From contig NC_092674.1 in assembly GCF_964355755.1 (NCBI RefSeq), positions 7,316,001 through 7,380,000 of the forward strand: DNA of 64,000 nt, given 5' to 3'. The translations under genes were made by a program, and so were the position numbers. Numbering within the stretch: the first letter of the stretch is position 1; each line of letters starts with the position of its first letter. Under the pieces are notes generated by a model that ran no database searches, was not told the origin of the DNA, and was given only the letters and a program-made list of their open reading frames with translations. Shown one piece after another: positions 52,576 to 64,000 of this stretch. Origin of the DNA: Antedon mediterranea (lineage: Eukaryota > Animalia > Echinodermata).

Positions 52576-53720
52576 TAACTCCGGTGCTGTGAAAGGAGTA
52601 TTATTAGAAGTGAGTTAAAATAAAAAAAATCTATAAATTATCAAAATTAATAAAAATTAGTTTGCCTAAATTTACAACAATTAAATTATGTATTAATTAA
52701 AACATGACATGTAATAATATATAACCGATACCGATAAACATTAAATTCAATAAATAAATTAAGAATTTAAACCAAAAAAAATTATGGTACAGGTAATTAT
52801 GAATATTAAAAAAATTATTTTATAAACTAGATTAATATCATGTGTTTAAAATTGTTTGTATTATTTATGCAAATAAGTGTCAGGGTAGTCATGGAAACCA
52901 TGATAATACGTATTGGAAGAACTGGTTAATACTGTACTAATTTTTATCCCTCAAAATGACGTTCATGAATTTGCATGAGGGTGACATAAATGGTGTATAA
53001 ATGGTGTAACATAAAGCATGTTAATTTCACTGCAAATTAACTTAGCCAGTTTCTGTCAAGCAATTTATAGTGTATTGGGTAATGCCCTGTGTTGTATATC
53101 TCTAACACATCGTTTTTATTTTTATTTTGTTTGAGAGATTATTTCAGGGAATAGGTGTAATATTTAGGGTACAGGTAAGCTATCCTGCAATTCCTATTGT
53201 CATTACATGCATATTCATGTCGGCCTTTATGTCATCTAGTGTTAACCGTATATAACAGTTCACTCCCAAGTGAGTGGACTACAAACAGAAAATTGGTACT
53301 GATTTTTATTGAAGATGGGCATTACGAGAATGATCTGGAATGTCAATCATTGTGGTCAAGGCAATCACTGTGGTCAGAGTAATCATCTTGTTCAGTGCAA
53401 TAATTGTGGTCAGGCCAATCGTTGTGGACAGGGCAATTTAAAAAACATTTTATAAATAGTGCGAGAATATAATTGTAAAACACAAAATCACCAACGTAGA
53501 ACCCACATTTAGGATACCTCTGTTTGGGGACACTTTCCAGTAAAATAAAAGGAAAACAAAGGGGAGACCTTATCAAGAGAACACCTCTATTAAGAGGACA
53601 CTTTGTTGGGTCCTGAAGGTGTCCCTTTAATAGAGGTTCTACTGTATTTCACAAATTACTTACTGAAACCTGTCTGTTTAATAAATTCAAGAATTTAAAT
53701 ACATCAATAAAAACAAAAAT

Positions 53721-53855
<135 letters not shown>

Positions 53856-54301
53856 TTAAGGTAAGATAATACGTATTGGAAGAACTGGTTAATACTGTAC
53901 TAATTTTTATCCCTCAAAATGACGTTCATGAATTTGCATGAGGGTGACATAAACGGTGTATAAATGGTGTAACATAAAGCATGTTAATTTCACTGCAAAT
54001 TAACTTAGCCAGTTTCTGTCAAGCAATTTATAGTGTATTGGGTAATGCCCTGTGTTGTATATCTCTAACACATCGTTTTTATTTTTATTTTGTTTGAGAG
54101 ATTATTTCAAGGAATAGGTGTAATATTTAGGGTACAGGTAAGCTATCTTGCAATTCTTATAGTCATTACATGCATATTCATGTCGGCCTTTATGTCATCT
54201 AGTGTTAACCGTATATAACAGTTCACTCCCAAGTGAGTGGACTACAAACAGAAAATTGGTACTGATTTTTATTGAAGATGGGCATTAGGAGAATCTGGAA
54301 T

Positions 54302-54522
54302 GTCAATCATTGTGGTCAAGGCAATCACTGTGGTCAGGGCAATCATTGTGGTCAGGCCAATCGTTGTGGACAGGGCAATCACTGTGGTCAGAGCAATCAT
54401 CGTGTTCAGTGCAATCACTGTGGTCAGAGCAATCATCTTGTTCAGTGCAATAATTGTGGTCAGGCCAATCGTTGTGGACAGGGCAATAATTGTGGTCAGG
54501 CCAATCGTTGTGGACAGGGCAA
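54302..54522. repeat. 18-bp minisatellite (~12 units; ~5 units at 53343-53436)
   Basis: GCAATCACTGTGGTCAGG-type units. Confidence 0.9.
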
Positions 54523-54577
54523 TTTAAAAAACATTTAATAAATAGTGCGAAATATAATTGCAAAACACAAAATCACC

Positions 54578-54733
54578 AACGTAGAACCCACATTTAGGAT
54601 ACCTCTGTTTGGGGACACTTTCCAGTAAAATAACCCAAGGAGAACAAAGGGGAGACCTTATCAAGAGAACCCCTCTATTAAGAGGACACTTTGTTGGGTC
54701 CTGAAGGTGTCCCTTTAATAGAGGTTCTACTGT
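54578..54733. mobile_element. Tc1/mariner (pogo/Tigger-like) MITE; duplicate at ~53493-53646, fragments near 10185, 33090, 55420
   Basis: GTAGAACCC...GGACAC...GTGTCCCTTTAATAGAGGTTCTACTG|TA. Confidence 0.6.
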
Positions 54734-54808
54734 ATTTCACAAATTACTTACTGAAACCTGTCTGTTTAATAAATTCAAGAATTTAAATACATCAATAAAA
54801 ACAAAAAT

Positions 54809-55403
<595 letters not shown>

Positions 55404-55678
55404 TCAATTAACATAGATACTGTAGAACTCTATGAAGGGACACCTTCAGGACACAACAAAGTATACCTTAATAGGGGCCCCTTGAATAGGGGTTGGCCTT
55501 GAGTAAAAACATACATTTCCACATCATTTGTTTCATTTAACAGGAAAGACTTTCCTTAAGAGCAATGCAAAAAAAAAATCCCAAAACAATACACTCTTTG
55601 GAAAAGTATATGTGCTCTCAATGACTGTACTGCAATATTTAGCTTTAGTATATACAATTCCACTGGAAATATATCAAT

Positions 55679-56500
55679 GGCCCTGTTTCTGCTGCCAACT
55701 AAATACCGTATATTATACGGTATTTTTTGAATACCGTATATATACGGTATATTTTTGGCAGCAGAAACTGCGCTCATAAAAAATATACCGTATTTTGTAT
55801 ACCGTATTTTCCCCACAAAATTTGTGGATAAAATACGGTATTTACAAATTTATACCGTATTTTTTGTACCCGTTTCTGCTGCCAATAAAAATACCGTATT
55901 TTTTTTTTACATGACAAAAGGTCACCATTCGTGTTTTTATTTTCTGTCGCTGTTAGCTGCTTTACACACATGTATAGATATAGTCGGCGAAAATGTGGAG
56001 CGAATACGTCACAGTTTTACTAAATAAATGTGTGTGGGGAAGCTAAAATGTCTGACCAACTAAAAGGTAATAAAAGGGACAACCACATTTATAAAGACAT
56101 TTCTAAAAAAATAAAGCAGGAGTATGGAATAAACTTGTCTCCAAAGCAAGTAAACTCAAAGCTGAAGAGCCTGCGAAAGCAGTACAACATTGCAAAATAC
56201 AATAACTCGGGGAGGGAACGAATTAATTGTCCCCATTACGATGTTTTCTGTGCTCTCACAACATCTCTATCACTAGGGCTAGGCTGTTGAAAGTGAGACG
56301 TAAAACTTGCTTTATTGCGACTTTTAATTATCGATCAAATAAATGAATGGCAATTTGGGTAAAAAAGATGAAATTTAACACGACCACCCAAGAAGTATTG
56401 TTAGCAGAAACGGGGTACTAAAAAATACGGTATAAAAAATACCGTATTTTATACCGTATTTTTATACCGTATTTTGAGCAGTTGCAGCAGAAACAGGCCC
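55679..56500 (+). mobile_element. Non-autonomous PIF/Harbinger element with Myb/SANT remnant
   Basis: TIRs GGCCCTGTTTCTGCTGC / GCAGCAGAAACAGGCCC, AAT TSD, many ATACCGTAT subterminal repeats. Confidence 0.85.
55990..56290 (+). pseudogene. Myb/SANT-like (trihelix) DNA-binding protein remnant of Harbinger ORF2
   Basis: Frameshifted WSEYVTVLL then IYKDISKKIKQEYGINLSPKQVNSKLKSLRKQY..SGRERINCPHYD. Confidence 0.75.
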
Positions 56501-56657
56501 AATGAATACAGACAGTACACAACATTGCATAGCACTATAGATTATTTACAATAACACTTGTATCTCAACTGTTTACAATTTTGGTGTAGTTACAGAAGCT
56601 ATCAGAACACAGTATGTAGAAATCTTAATTCAATTACCAACCATTCAAAATACCAAC

Positions 56658-56791
56658 CTGTGTTTACATCCTAATTCATAGGCTCTTTCAAGAACTTCTT
56701 CATCCTCATCTGGTATAAATATCTGTTGGCCGCAAACTGCACATATGTTGGCTTCTAACGTCCGGCCTGGCAAACCAGTTTTAGTATAATA
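56658..56791 (-). CDS. RNF121: RNF121 exon 6 (RING N-terminal half)
   Basis: YYTKTGLPGRTLEANICAVCGQQIFIPDEDEEVLERAYELGCKH; AG/GT bounded; 134 nt. Confidence 0.93.
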
Positions 56792-57190
56792 CTGAAACAA
56801 AGGCAAACGTTTTTTTTGTTTTACACAAGTTCCACTGATATAAAGGTGTTGTTTTTCAAATAAAGATTATTATAGTTAAGTATTAGGCCTAAAAAATGAT
56901 TACATTAACCAAAGTTGACTGACCCTGAAAAATTTATAAAATCTAGGATTGAATAAATATTTATTATCTAGGCCTATAGTTTTTTTTTAAAAATTTTAGA
57001 TTTTGGCCAAATAGAAGTTTTTATTCGTATTAAATTATTTGTCATTGAAAAACAAAATCAGCTTAAAAAGGGTGATTTTCATAGGTCTTAACAATTCCTT
57101 TTTACAGTTGGAAAAAAAAGAAGAAAATTTCACACAGCTCCTTTTGAGACTAATGTAACGATAAATTGTCTTTTGCATATCAACACTTAC

Positions 57191-57419
57191 CCCTATATGA
57201 GCAGCCATAAATTCTGTAACTATTTCAGCGAAATCTCGTCCGAGAACACCATAATATAGGCCATAAAATAGCAGTAACACACCACAATCCATAGCAGTTT
57301 CGGTTCGAACAAGAAATAGTAAATTCAAATTAAGTAAAGTACCCATTACTATAGAATAGCCAGCGATTCCTAGGCCATAGCTAAGCTTGTATAGAATATA
57401 GAACCACTTGTAGACTAGC
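57191..57419 (-). CDS. RNF121: RNF121 exon 5 (transmembrane region)
   Basis: LVYKWFYILYKLSYGLGIAGY...AMDCGVLLLFYGLYYGVLGRDFAE...AHIG; 229 nt; donor GTAAGT. Confidence 0.95.
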
Positions 57420-57990
57420 CTAGAAAATGGACAAAAAAACTAAGTTAAAACTACATTTTAAGGTTAGCAGTTAATAAAAAATAGTAACAGTTTTGTTTCA
57501 AATTATCATATAGATGTGATGTTTGTTATATGCAACTTTTGCAAAAAATTCTGAGGTAATTGGCCATTATATCGAATTGATTAAACTGTATAATTAAGTT
57601 ATTAATTTAGTTAGTTAAGTACAGTATTAAAAAAGGTTTTAAAAACCAAGAAAAAGAAAGAATAGACAGTGCACACACATTTTTTTGGCTAAAGGCCCAT
57701 TTATACTAGGACGATAACGATCGACGATAAATAGACAAATATGCATTTTTCATTCATAAAAAAAAAGAATATAACAACTTTTCATTCTAGAACTATAGAA
57801 TAACCATCTATGCTTCCTTTGATGAAAATGATATTTTCACATGTCCAATCAAATGACGTCATGATTAGTAAGGGCAAAAATATCATGATTGGAATATTAT
57901 TTTATCAAAGACAGCATAAATGATTATCCTTTAGTTCTACAACGAAAACCTTTCTAATTTGATGATGACGCACATGAGTAGTCAACTTAC

Positions 57991-58145
57991 CGAGGTGTGG
58001 TGCCTGGCAATGGTTTTCTCGTAGCTTTGAATATAATATGACCTGTAATTATGCTAAATATAAACCATATAACAAGAAATCGCCACCAATGTGCATTAAT
58101 TGAAAAGAAAAATGGAATAATCCACATTCCTGCTAAAGTGATAGC
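57991..58145 (-). CDS. RNF121: RNF121 exon 4
   Basis: AITLAGMWIIPFFFSINAHWWRFLVIWFIFSIITGHIIFKATRKPLPGTTPR; 155 nt. Confidence 0.95.
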
Positions 58146-58410
58146 CTGAAAAATATAAAAAAATGACTTGTTAGTTTGGAATATACAGTAATAACGTCCA
58201 TTTAGTACAGGTCACTGGCCAATGACATGTAATATTGTGACACGCCTATACAATCTCACAGTGAGTAACTGCCCTATTTTAACCAATAAATATTTTTTTT
58301 TAAGGGATACTTAATTTTTATATTCCACAATCTTTAAGACAAGGTTTGTTTGGATACCAGTAATGTATAGTATTAGTAGGCCTTGATAGCTTAAGATGTT
58401 CTGAACATAT

Positions 58411-58592
58411 CAGTGGTGTAACGCAGAGGCCTAAGGCCCCTGGAACCATAAATGACACTGCAATGCTGGAGGCCTTGGATATCTTTTTCAACATATTTCA
58501 AAGCCTGTTCCTCTGGGTCCTGTTCAGGTGCCCCTGTAAGCTTCAGGGCCATTGGGTTTAGCCAGTGAGTGCTAATTACCGTTACGCCACTG
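58411..58592. mobile_element. hAT-like MITE
   Basis: TIRs CAGTGGTGTAACG / CGTTACGCCACTG; exact 8-bp TSD GAACATAT. Confidence 0.88.
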
Positions 58593-58665
58593 GAACATAT
58601 ACATGCCTACATCTATCTATTGTATATCCCTCAACAAAGTATTTCAACTCCACTCAGTGTGTTGT

Positions 58666-58822
58666 TGTCTACATTGTCAAACTTTTATGCAACACAAAAA
58701 TGTGCCCATATATGGACATAATGATGTCATATCACTACCATATTTGAGCATATCACCACCATATTTGAGCATATCACTACTATATTTAAGCATATCACCA
58801 CCATATATGGGCACATCACACT
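58666..58822 (+). mobile_element. Truncated MITE family A copy with four 21-bp units
   Basis: TGTCTACATTGTCAAACTTT..GTGCCCATATATGGACAT..(ATCACTACCATATTTGAGCAT)x4. Confidence 0.8.
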
Positions 58823-58831
58823 CTTACTCAC

Positions 58832-58973
58832 TTGATATGACTTGTAGCGTCTTTGTTTCCATTGAACTAATACAACTTGTGCAACTATGAGAACTGATAT
58901 TAGAATGAGCACCATTTCTGCATGCATAGCCTCGTGACCTTTGTGCTTTTCATGAAGTCTTTTATGCTCAATT
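58832..58973 (-). CDS. RNF121: RNF121 exon 3
   Basis: IEHKRLHEKHKGHEAMHAEMVLILISVLIVAQVVLVQWKQRRYKSYQ; 142 nt; donor GTGAGT. Confidence 0.96.
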
Positions 58974-59180
58974 CTAAAAAAAAGATTTAACAACATAAGA
59001 CATTTAATAGTTCTTGAGAATTTGTTTTTTACAGCATTTCTACAGACAGTATAGTAGTATAAATTATAAGGAAATCTTATATTGCGCCGGTATCCATCAC
59101 AAATTAGATGCTCATGGCACATTGACACAATGCAATGAATGAAATCATGTAGTAAAGTCAAAGCTGATGATAAAGGTCTT

Positions 59181-59497
59181 ATGTACTTGTCAATTGTATT
59201 ACCCACTATACGAGCCCCGGGAGAGGTGCATCATTTGTCCGATGTGCGTTACCTTATGAATACCATGATGCACCCATATGTCAAAAAAGTGACCATGATG
59301 CACCCATTTGACGCACTGTGACCATGTTGTTTATGATATAGTGGGTGGTAAATTGACGGACATTGATAACCAATGTTCATTGATGTGACGTACCATCTAG
59401 GTTTTTTGACGCGCCTCTGAGTCAGTAATTATTTGCAAATGACGCACCTCTCCAGGGGGTCATATACTGTAGTGGGAAATACAATTGACAGGTGCAT
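59181..59497. mobile_element. MITE with ~55-bp imperfect TIRs, superfamily unassigned
   Basis: ATGTACTTGTCAATTGTATTACCCACTA..GGAGAGGTGCATCATTTG mirrored by CAAATGACGCACCTCTCC..TAGTGGGAAATACAATTGACAGGTGCAT. Confidence 0.8.
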
Positions 59498-59968
59498 TAG
59501 TATGGTCTTAAATACTGGCAATCTTTACCAATTCTCACCAAGCCTAGTATAATAACGTGTAAATTATATGAAATTGAATATATTTATAGAGCTAATTGCA
59601 TTTTTATCAATGAAATCTTTTAGAGCGATTTTGGCATGAAAAATGCTACTGTACATAAATCAGCTTCGAGAATGTACAATGCATTAATAATGTCTGTATT
59701 GCGTCAACTAGTAGTATGTTTGCATTGGCATAAATGCTGGCAAGTACAATGTACTTAAGGCAATGTTGACACAATAAAACATAGATTTTTAACAATTTTG
59801 ATGACAAACTAATTGACTTTTATGAATTAACACTCTATATCCTATTTCATATCATTTACACTTTATACTGGTAGGACTTGGCAGGGTCTTAGTATCAATC
59901 TGTTTATTTTCAATAATCTTTCGTACCCACATAATATTATCTGTTTTTAGTTATTATTTTATACACAC

Positions 59969-60009
59969 CTCCATTTTTCTTCATCAGAAAGCTTGGAAAG
60001 ATCAATAGT
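59969..60009 (-). CDS. RNF121: RNF121 exon 2
   Basis: TIDLSKLSDEEKW(R); 41 nt; phases fit exons 1 and 3. Confidence 0.88.
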
Positions 60010-60147
60010 CTGTAGATAAATAAGAAAGCAATTATTTATTTGTTAAACAACAACGATTAGGCCTATGTTACAATAAAAAAAAATTGTGCACAAAAAAATG
60101 TTTAGGCCCAGGAGCCCAGTATTACCTCCATGAGCTAGGCCTAGAGG

Positions 60148-61073
60148 CCTGTCACGATAAATATGGTCCGGGGCCAAAATCGGTCCGGCCGGACCAGTTT
60201 TGGCTCTAAAATTGTGGACAAAAGCAGTCCGCCACTGCCAAAATCGGTCCGGGCTTTTCTTCTGTCGATTTTAATTGAATTACTAGGCCTATGATGCTGT
60301 TTTAAGTTGTTTATGGCTAGAAAAATATCCCATGATATATATTAGTAAGTTATCTTGTCGGATAAATACTATAAATAAACGTATTTTATCTAAAAACATG
60401 ACTTAGGTGTTCACTCATATTTCGGCCTGCCACACACTCACACGAACGGGTATGAGACGCTGATTTTGCCAGCTAGATTTTATTTATGATTGAGGCCTTT
60501 TTCCTTCCTCAGCCTAATCAATATTGGATAATTGTTTTATAATAATTGTATTGAATTGATATATTGATTGATTAACCATAAATAATTAATAAATTAAATT
60601 GTTTTTAACATCATGGGGAAACGAAGATGTTAAAAAAGAACAAAATGGATTAAAAACAGGCAGAGATACATATTGTATACAAAAAGCCTAACAATTACAG
60701 TAGTACTAATTAGTGATGAGTTACTACTAATAATGATAATAAAAAAAACAGGCTTAATTTATAATATTAAAATAACAAATAAAACCCCGTAGTTTTCAAT
60801 ATAATGACTAATCATGGCCTTTTTTTAATGATATATACATTATGACTCATTTTGCACACCATATATTTGTTAGACCGGACCATATTTGGCGGCCAAAACA
60901 GTCCTACTGCCCGGACCGATTTTATCCAGACCGGACCAGTTTTGGTGGCCAAAATTGGCCCAGCCAGACAGGTTTTGGCAGCCATAAATGGTCCCCCGGA
61001 CTGATTTTGGCAGCCAAAACTGGTCCGCCGGACCGATTTTGGCCCGGACTGATTTTGGTGTGACACTGACAGG
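60148..61073. mobile_element. Non-autonomous TIR element with GGACCGATTTTGG subterminal repeats
   Basis: TGTCAC...GGCCAAAATCGGTCCGG mirrored by CCGGACCGATTTTGGCC...GTGACA; AT-rich core; ends approximate. Confidence 0.8.
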
Positions 61074-61651
61074 CCAACACATAAAAAATAATTAAAAGCA
61101 AACTACCAGTAATTTATAAAACTATAAAAGAAAAATGTTAAAAGCAATGGAATCAAAACAATAGTTTACCATACATAAAATAGGCTTAGCCTACGTAGTA
61201 TACTAAATTATGTTTGTTTTAAACAAATATGTGAACAATTATTTTTAAATTTAATAATATAATAAATAAATGCCATTTTGATCATTTTCTACAAAGTCAA
61301 CAATATTTATATAGACATAGAATCCAATCCAGCTAACAATTTTAACAATAACTAAAAGTGCAGCTTAACTAATAACTTTGTGGCATTTCCAGCACTAGGC
61401 CCTAGCCTACCAAGCAGCACTGGATGGTAAAGTAGCCTAGGCTAGTCCCCTTCACCCTCTCTCGTCTCATCCACTTCTCTACCGGCAGGAGGCCAGGCCT
61501 AACTTAACTAGCTAGGCTAGGCCTAGGCTAGGCCTAATCTCAATCTACCTAAAACATAGGCCTAAAAGTACAATATTTTTACAATAGTTATGCTGTATTA
61601 CAAGATCATGCTAAAGTAAATGTTAATGTGCAATTCTAGTAAGACAATTAC

Positions 61652-61726
61652 CGGCTTAACGATGTTTGGAACATTGTTATCTTGTACAACAATAATATTA
61701 TTTGCTACGTTGTCGGCGGCTGCCAT
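61652..61726 (-). CDS. RNF121: RNF121 exon 1 (coding part)
   Basis: AAACATGG start, MAAADNVANNIIVVQDNNVPNIVKP, donor CCG|GTAATT, phase 0; completes a 999-nt frame. Confidence 0.8.
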
Positions 61727-62343
61727 GTTTTTTTAGCAAGCAAAATGAAAAAGGCTTACGATATAGAGGGCGGTATAGACGTATTTTTTCAGCAAAATCG
61801 GGAAATCCCTGTTGATCAGACACACAGCCAGAGACGATCGAGAGCAGGATGTTTATTTTTTTCATACCTATTATTATTATATCATATAATGAAAAAGTTA
61901 TTTCATTATTTATAAATAATGACTGACGTTTTAATTATTCAAACTAACTTAATTTATGTTGTAGTGTGGTGAGTTCTTGCAGCAAGCAAGAAGAATTTCA
62001 ACTGTCACATGTTTGGCCTTTGACAAATAAAGTTTTCTTGTATCTGAATGTATCTGTATCTTGTCATTATTTATAGATATGAAAAAACATCAAAGTGATT
62101 AATTATTTATAGATTTATAAATAATGATAATATGTTTATTTATATATAGTTGAAACCTTTTCCAAGCTCCATTGTTGATGATGATGATGTCATCATGATG
62201 ATACAAATTGACAGACTAAAAGAGGTAGTGACGATCTTTTATTTTCTTAAACAAAATTGAGTTGAATGTGATAGTAATATATGACTCTTGAAACAAAAAG
62301 TGGCAATTTAGATTTGGAAGCGCTTGATTAAATCAAGGACTTA

Positions 62344-62537
62344 AGCCCTGTCTTTATACTATCAAACTTTATGTGAAAATGTGATGAAGTCATATCACGA
62401 CCATTTTTGGGCATATCACTACAATAATTTGAGCACATCACACTTTTTGTGTCAAACTAGTTTCATATTAAAGCTCTGTCTACACCTATCAAACTAGTTT
62501 GACAAAAAAATGTGATGTGCCTGACATCATCATGTCC
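62344..62537. mobile_element. Two abutting, oppositely oriented partial MITE family A copies
   Basis: TTA|AGCCCTGTC..GTCAAACTAGTTT then AGCTCTGTCTACAC..AAACTAGTTTGAC. Confidence 0.75.
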
Positions 62538-63025
62538 TTTTTTCGTTGAGGGCGGAATTGTGCTTTTGTTTTCACACACATGATGCCTCAGTAAACACAG
62601 TGTTGGAAGTAGACGTGAGGAGGAGAGAGGAGTGTTAAAAGGAATCAGTCAGTGTGAAAAGGACGTAGGCCTAGGATACAAAAACAACAAATCTAGGCGT
62701 GTTTTGTAGTAAGGCAGTAATAAGTAGGCCTAGCTGCTTGCATACATATTATTACATAATGTATTCTTGTGCTTTACTACTTCGACAAGTGGGAAGTTTG
62801 ACTGGCCAAGGCCGAGCTGTGGCTGGAAGGGTAAATCTATGGTGGGCTTCGTCATCATCATCCTCCTACAAGTTTGTGAACAGCGGTCTTCATCGACCAC
62901 AATGTAAGCTAAACTTATCAATATTTTATATAATAATAATAATAATAATAATATACATCCTCTTTTATTGGTTAAGCTTCTGCTAAATGTTAGATAAAGT
63001 AGGATGAAGAGAAACGTTAATCAGA

Positions 63026-63749
63026 GGTCGTGTTCGTACGGTGGTTAAAATAAGCGCTTAATTTCACCCATGCCTCGGGTTATAAATTGAGCGTTGTTCG
63101 TACTTGAAATATTTAACCGCTTAAATGCTTAATCGACGCATCACAAACCGGAAATTACGTTTTAAGGTCAGTTGTCTTTACAACCTACGACCCCATTTTC
63201 GCACGCTAGTTTCGTGTTACTGTTGTATATTTTTTACTCGCGATCTTTCTTTACAATAACAATTACTTGCTACCTTGCTGCTTATCCTTGCGACAAACCT
63301 TATGCCTCTTAACGCTGATAATCCTGCCGAAATATGCCTTCTCCTGACGACCATTATTTTACTCATTGACGAAGAATTTGAGCCCAATGTTACACGACGG
63401 AAACACCACCGACCAGCTAGGCCTACTAAGCGGGGTGTATTCCTAAGCGGTCTACACCACCAACAAGGACAGCACCAGCTGACGATCGCTCTCGAAGCGT
63501 GTATGGAAGAGCTTCGTAGGAGAAATGACGGGCCTAGGCAGCGAACGTTTGTCAAAATTTGACACAACGCCTCTATCGGAGATTTATTAATCCTCGAAGG
63601 CTGAGTATAATTGGATTATCGCTGAAATAACCTGCAAATTTGGTGAACATTTTGCCTCGAATTTTTTGTAGCCTGAGGCAAAAGTTAATTGGATCACGCG
63701 AACGGAAATCGGGAATAAGCTGGTATTTTCAACCCCTACGAACAGGCCC
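63026..63749 (+). mobile_element. Internally deleted PIF/Harbinger-like element
   Basis: AGA|GGTCGTGTTCGTA ... TACGAACAGGCCC|AGA (3-bp TSD, imperfect TIRs); MEELRRR..QRLYRRFINP resembles a Harbinger transposase N-terminus; right end repeated at 51560. Confidence 0.7.
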
Positions 63750-64000
63750 AGAGAGCCTAAATGTCTTAACTTTCAGACAAAGTTTATAATTGAATTCATA
63801 AAAAAAAACGCCGTGGCTAAAGATACGGTACCGTATTCTAACTTCTGTTTACTAAAGGTACGGTAAAATTGCATTACGTCATAACCAGCCAATGGGGTGC
63901 TGGTACGTGTGTGACGTGATTGTATAAATACAGTACTTTGTGGATTTTTTTCATATCGCGAAAACAGTGATCAACCGCATTTTTTTTATGCTTTATTTAT

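Noticed and set aside
54272-54563. Cys/His-rich metallothionein-like ORFs
   Set aside because: Translation of the 18-bp minisatellite downstream of the RNF121 stop.
60812-61082. Overlapping GP-rich short ORFs
   Set aside because: Arise from subterminal repeats of the 60148-61073 element.
62540-62905. Divergent gene exon or LTR fragment upstream of RNF121
   Set aside because: Purine tract and a GTAAGC donor are present, but there is no second LTR, TSD or recognisable peptide.

Overview
AT-rich, intron-containing animal DNA, probably from an invertebrate (taxon not determinable here); no prokaryotic features. One complete host gene reconstructs exon by exon: RNF121 (minus strand, 8 coding exons, 61726->54809, 999 nt, 332 aa). 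Its last intron is U12-type, and its terminal exon sits in a ~1 kb tandem duplication whose breakpoint falls in the U12 branch point. The left ~46 kb looks like the 5' region of an unidentified minus-strand gene that continues off the left edge, with three candidate phase-0 first exons. Mobile DNA dominates: a 5'-truncated but otherwise open Penelope-like retroelement (RT + GIY-YIG) with a hammerhead-like 3' motif, a 242-bp TSD-flanked non-coding insert with an intact minimal hammerhead core, about 12 copies of one Harbinger-like MITE (one expanded into a 33-unit array), hAT-, Harbinger-, Kolobok- and Tc1/mariner-type non-autonomous elements, and many tandem arrays. All calls were made by eye; no searches or folding were run.
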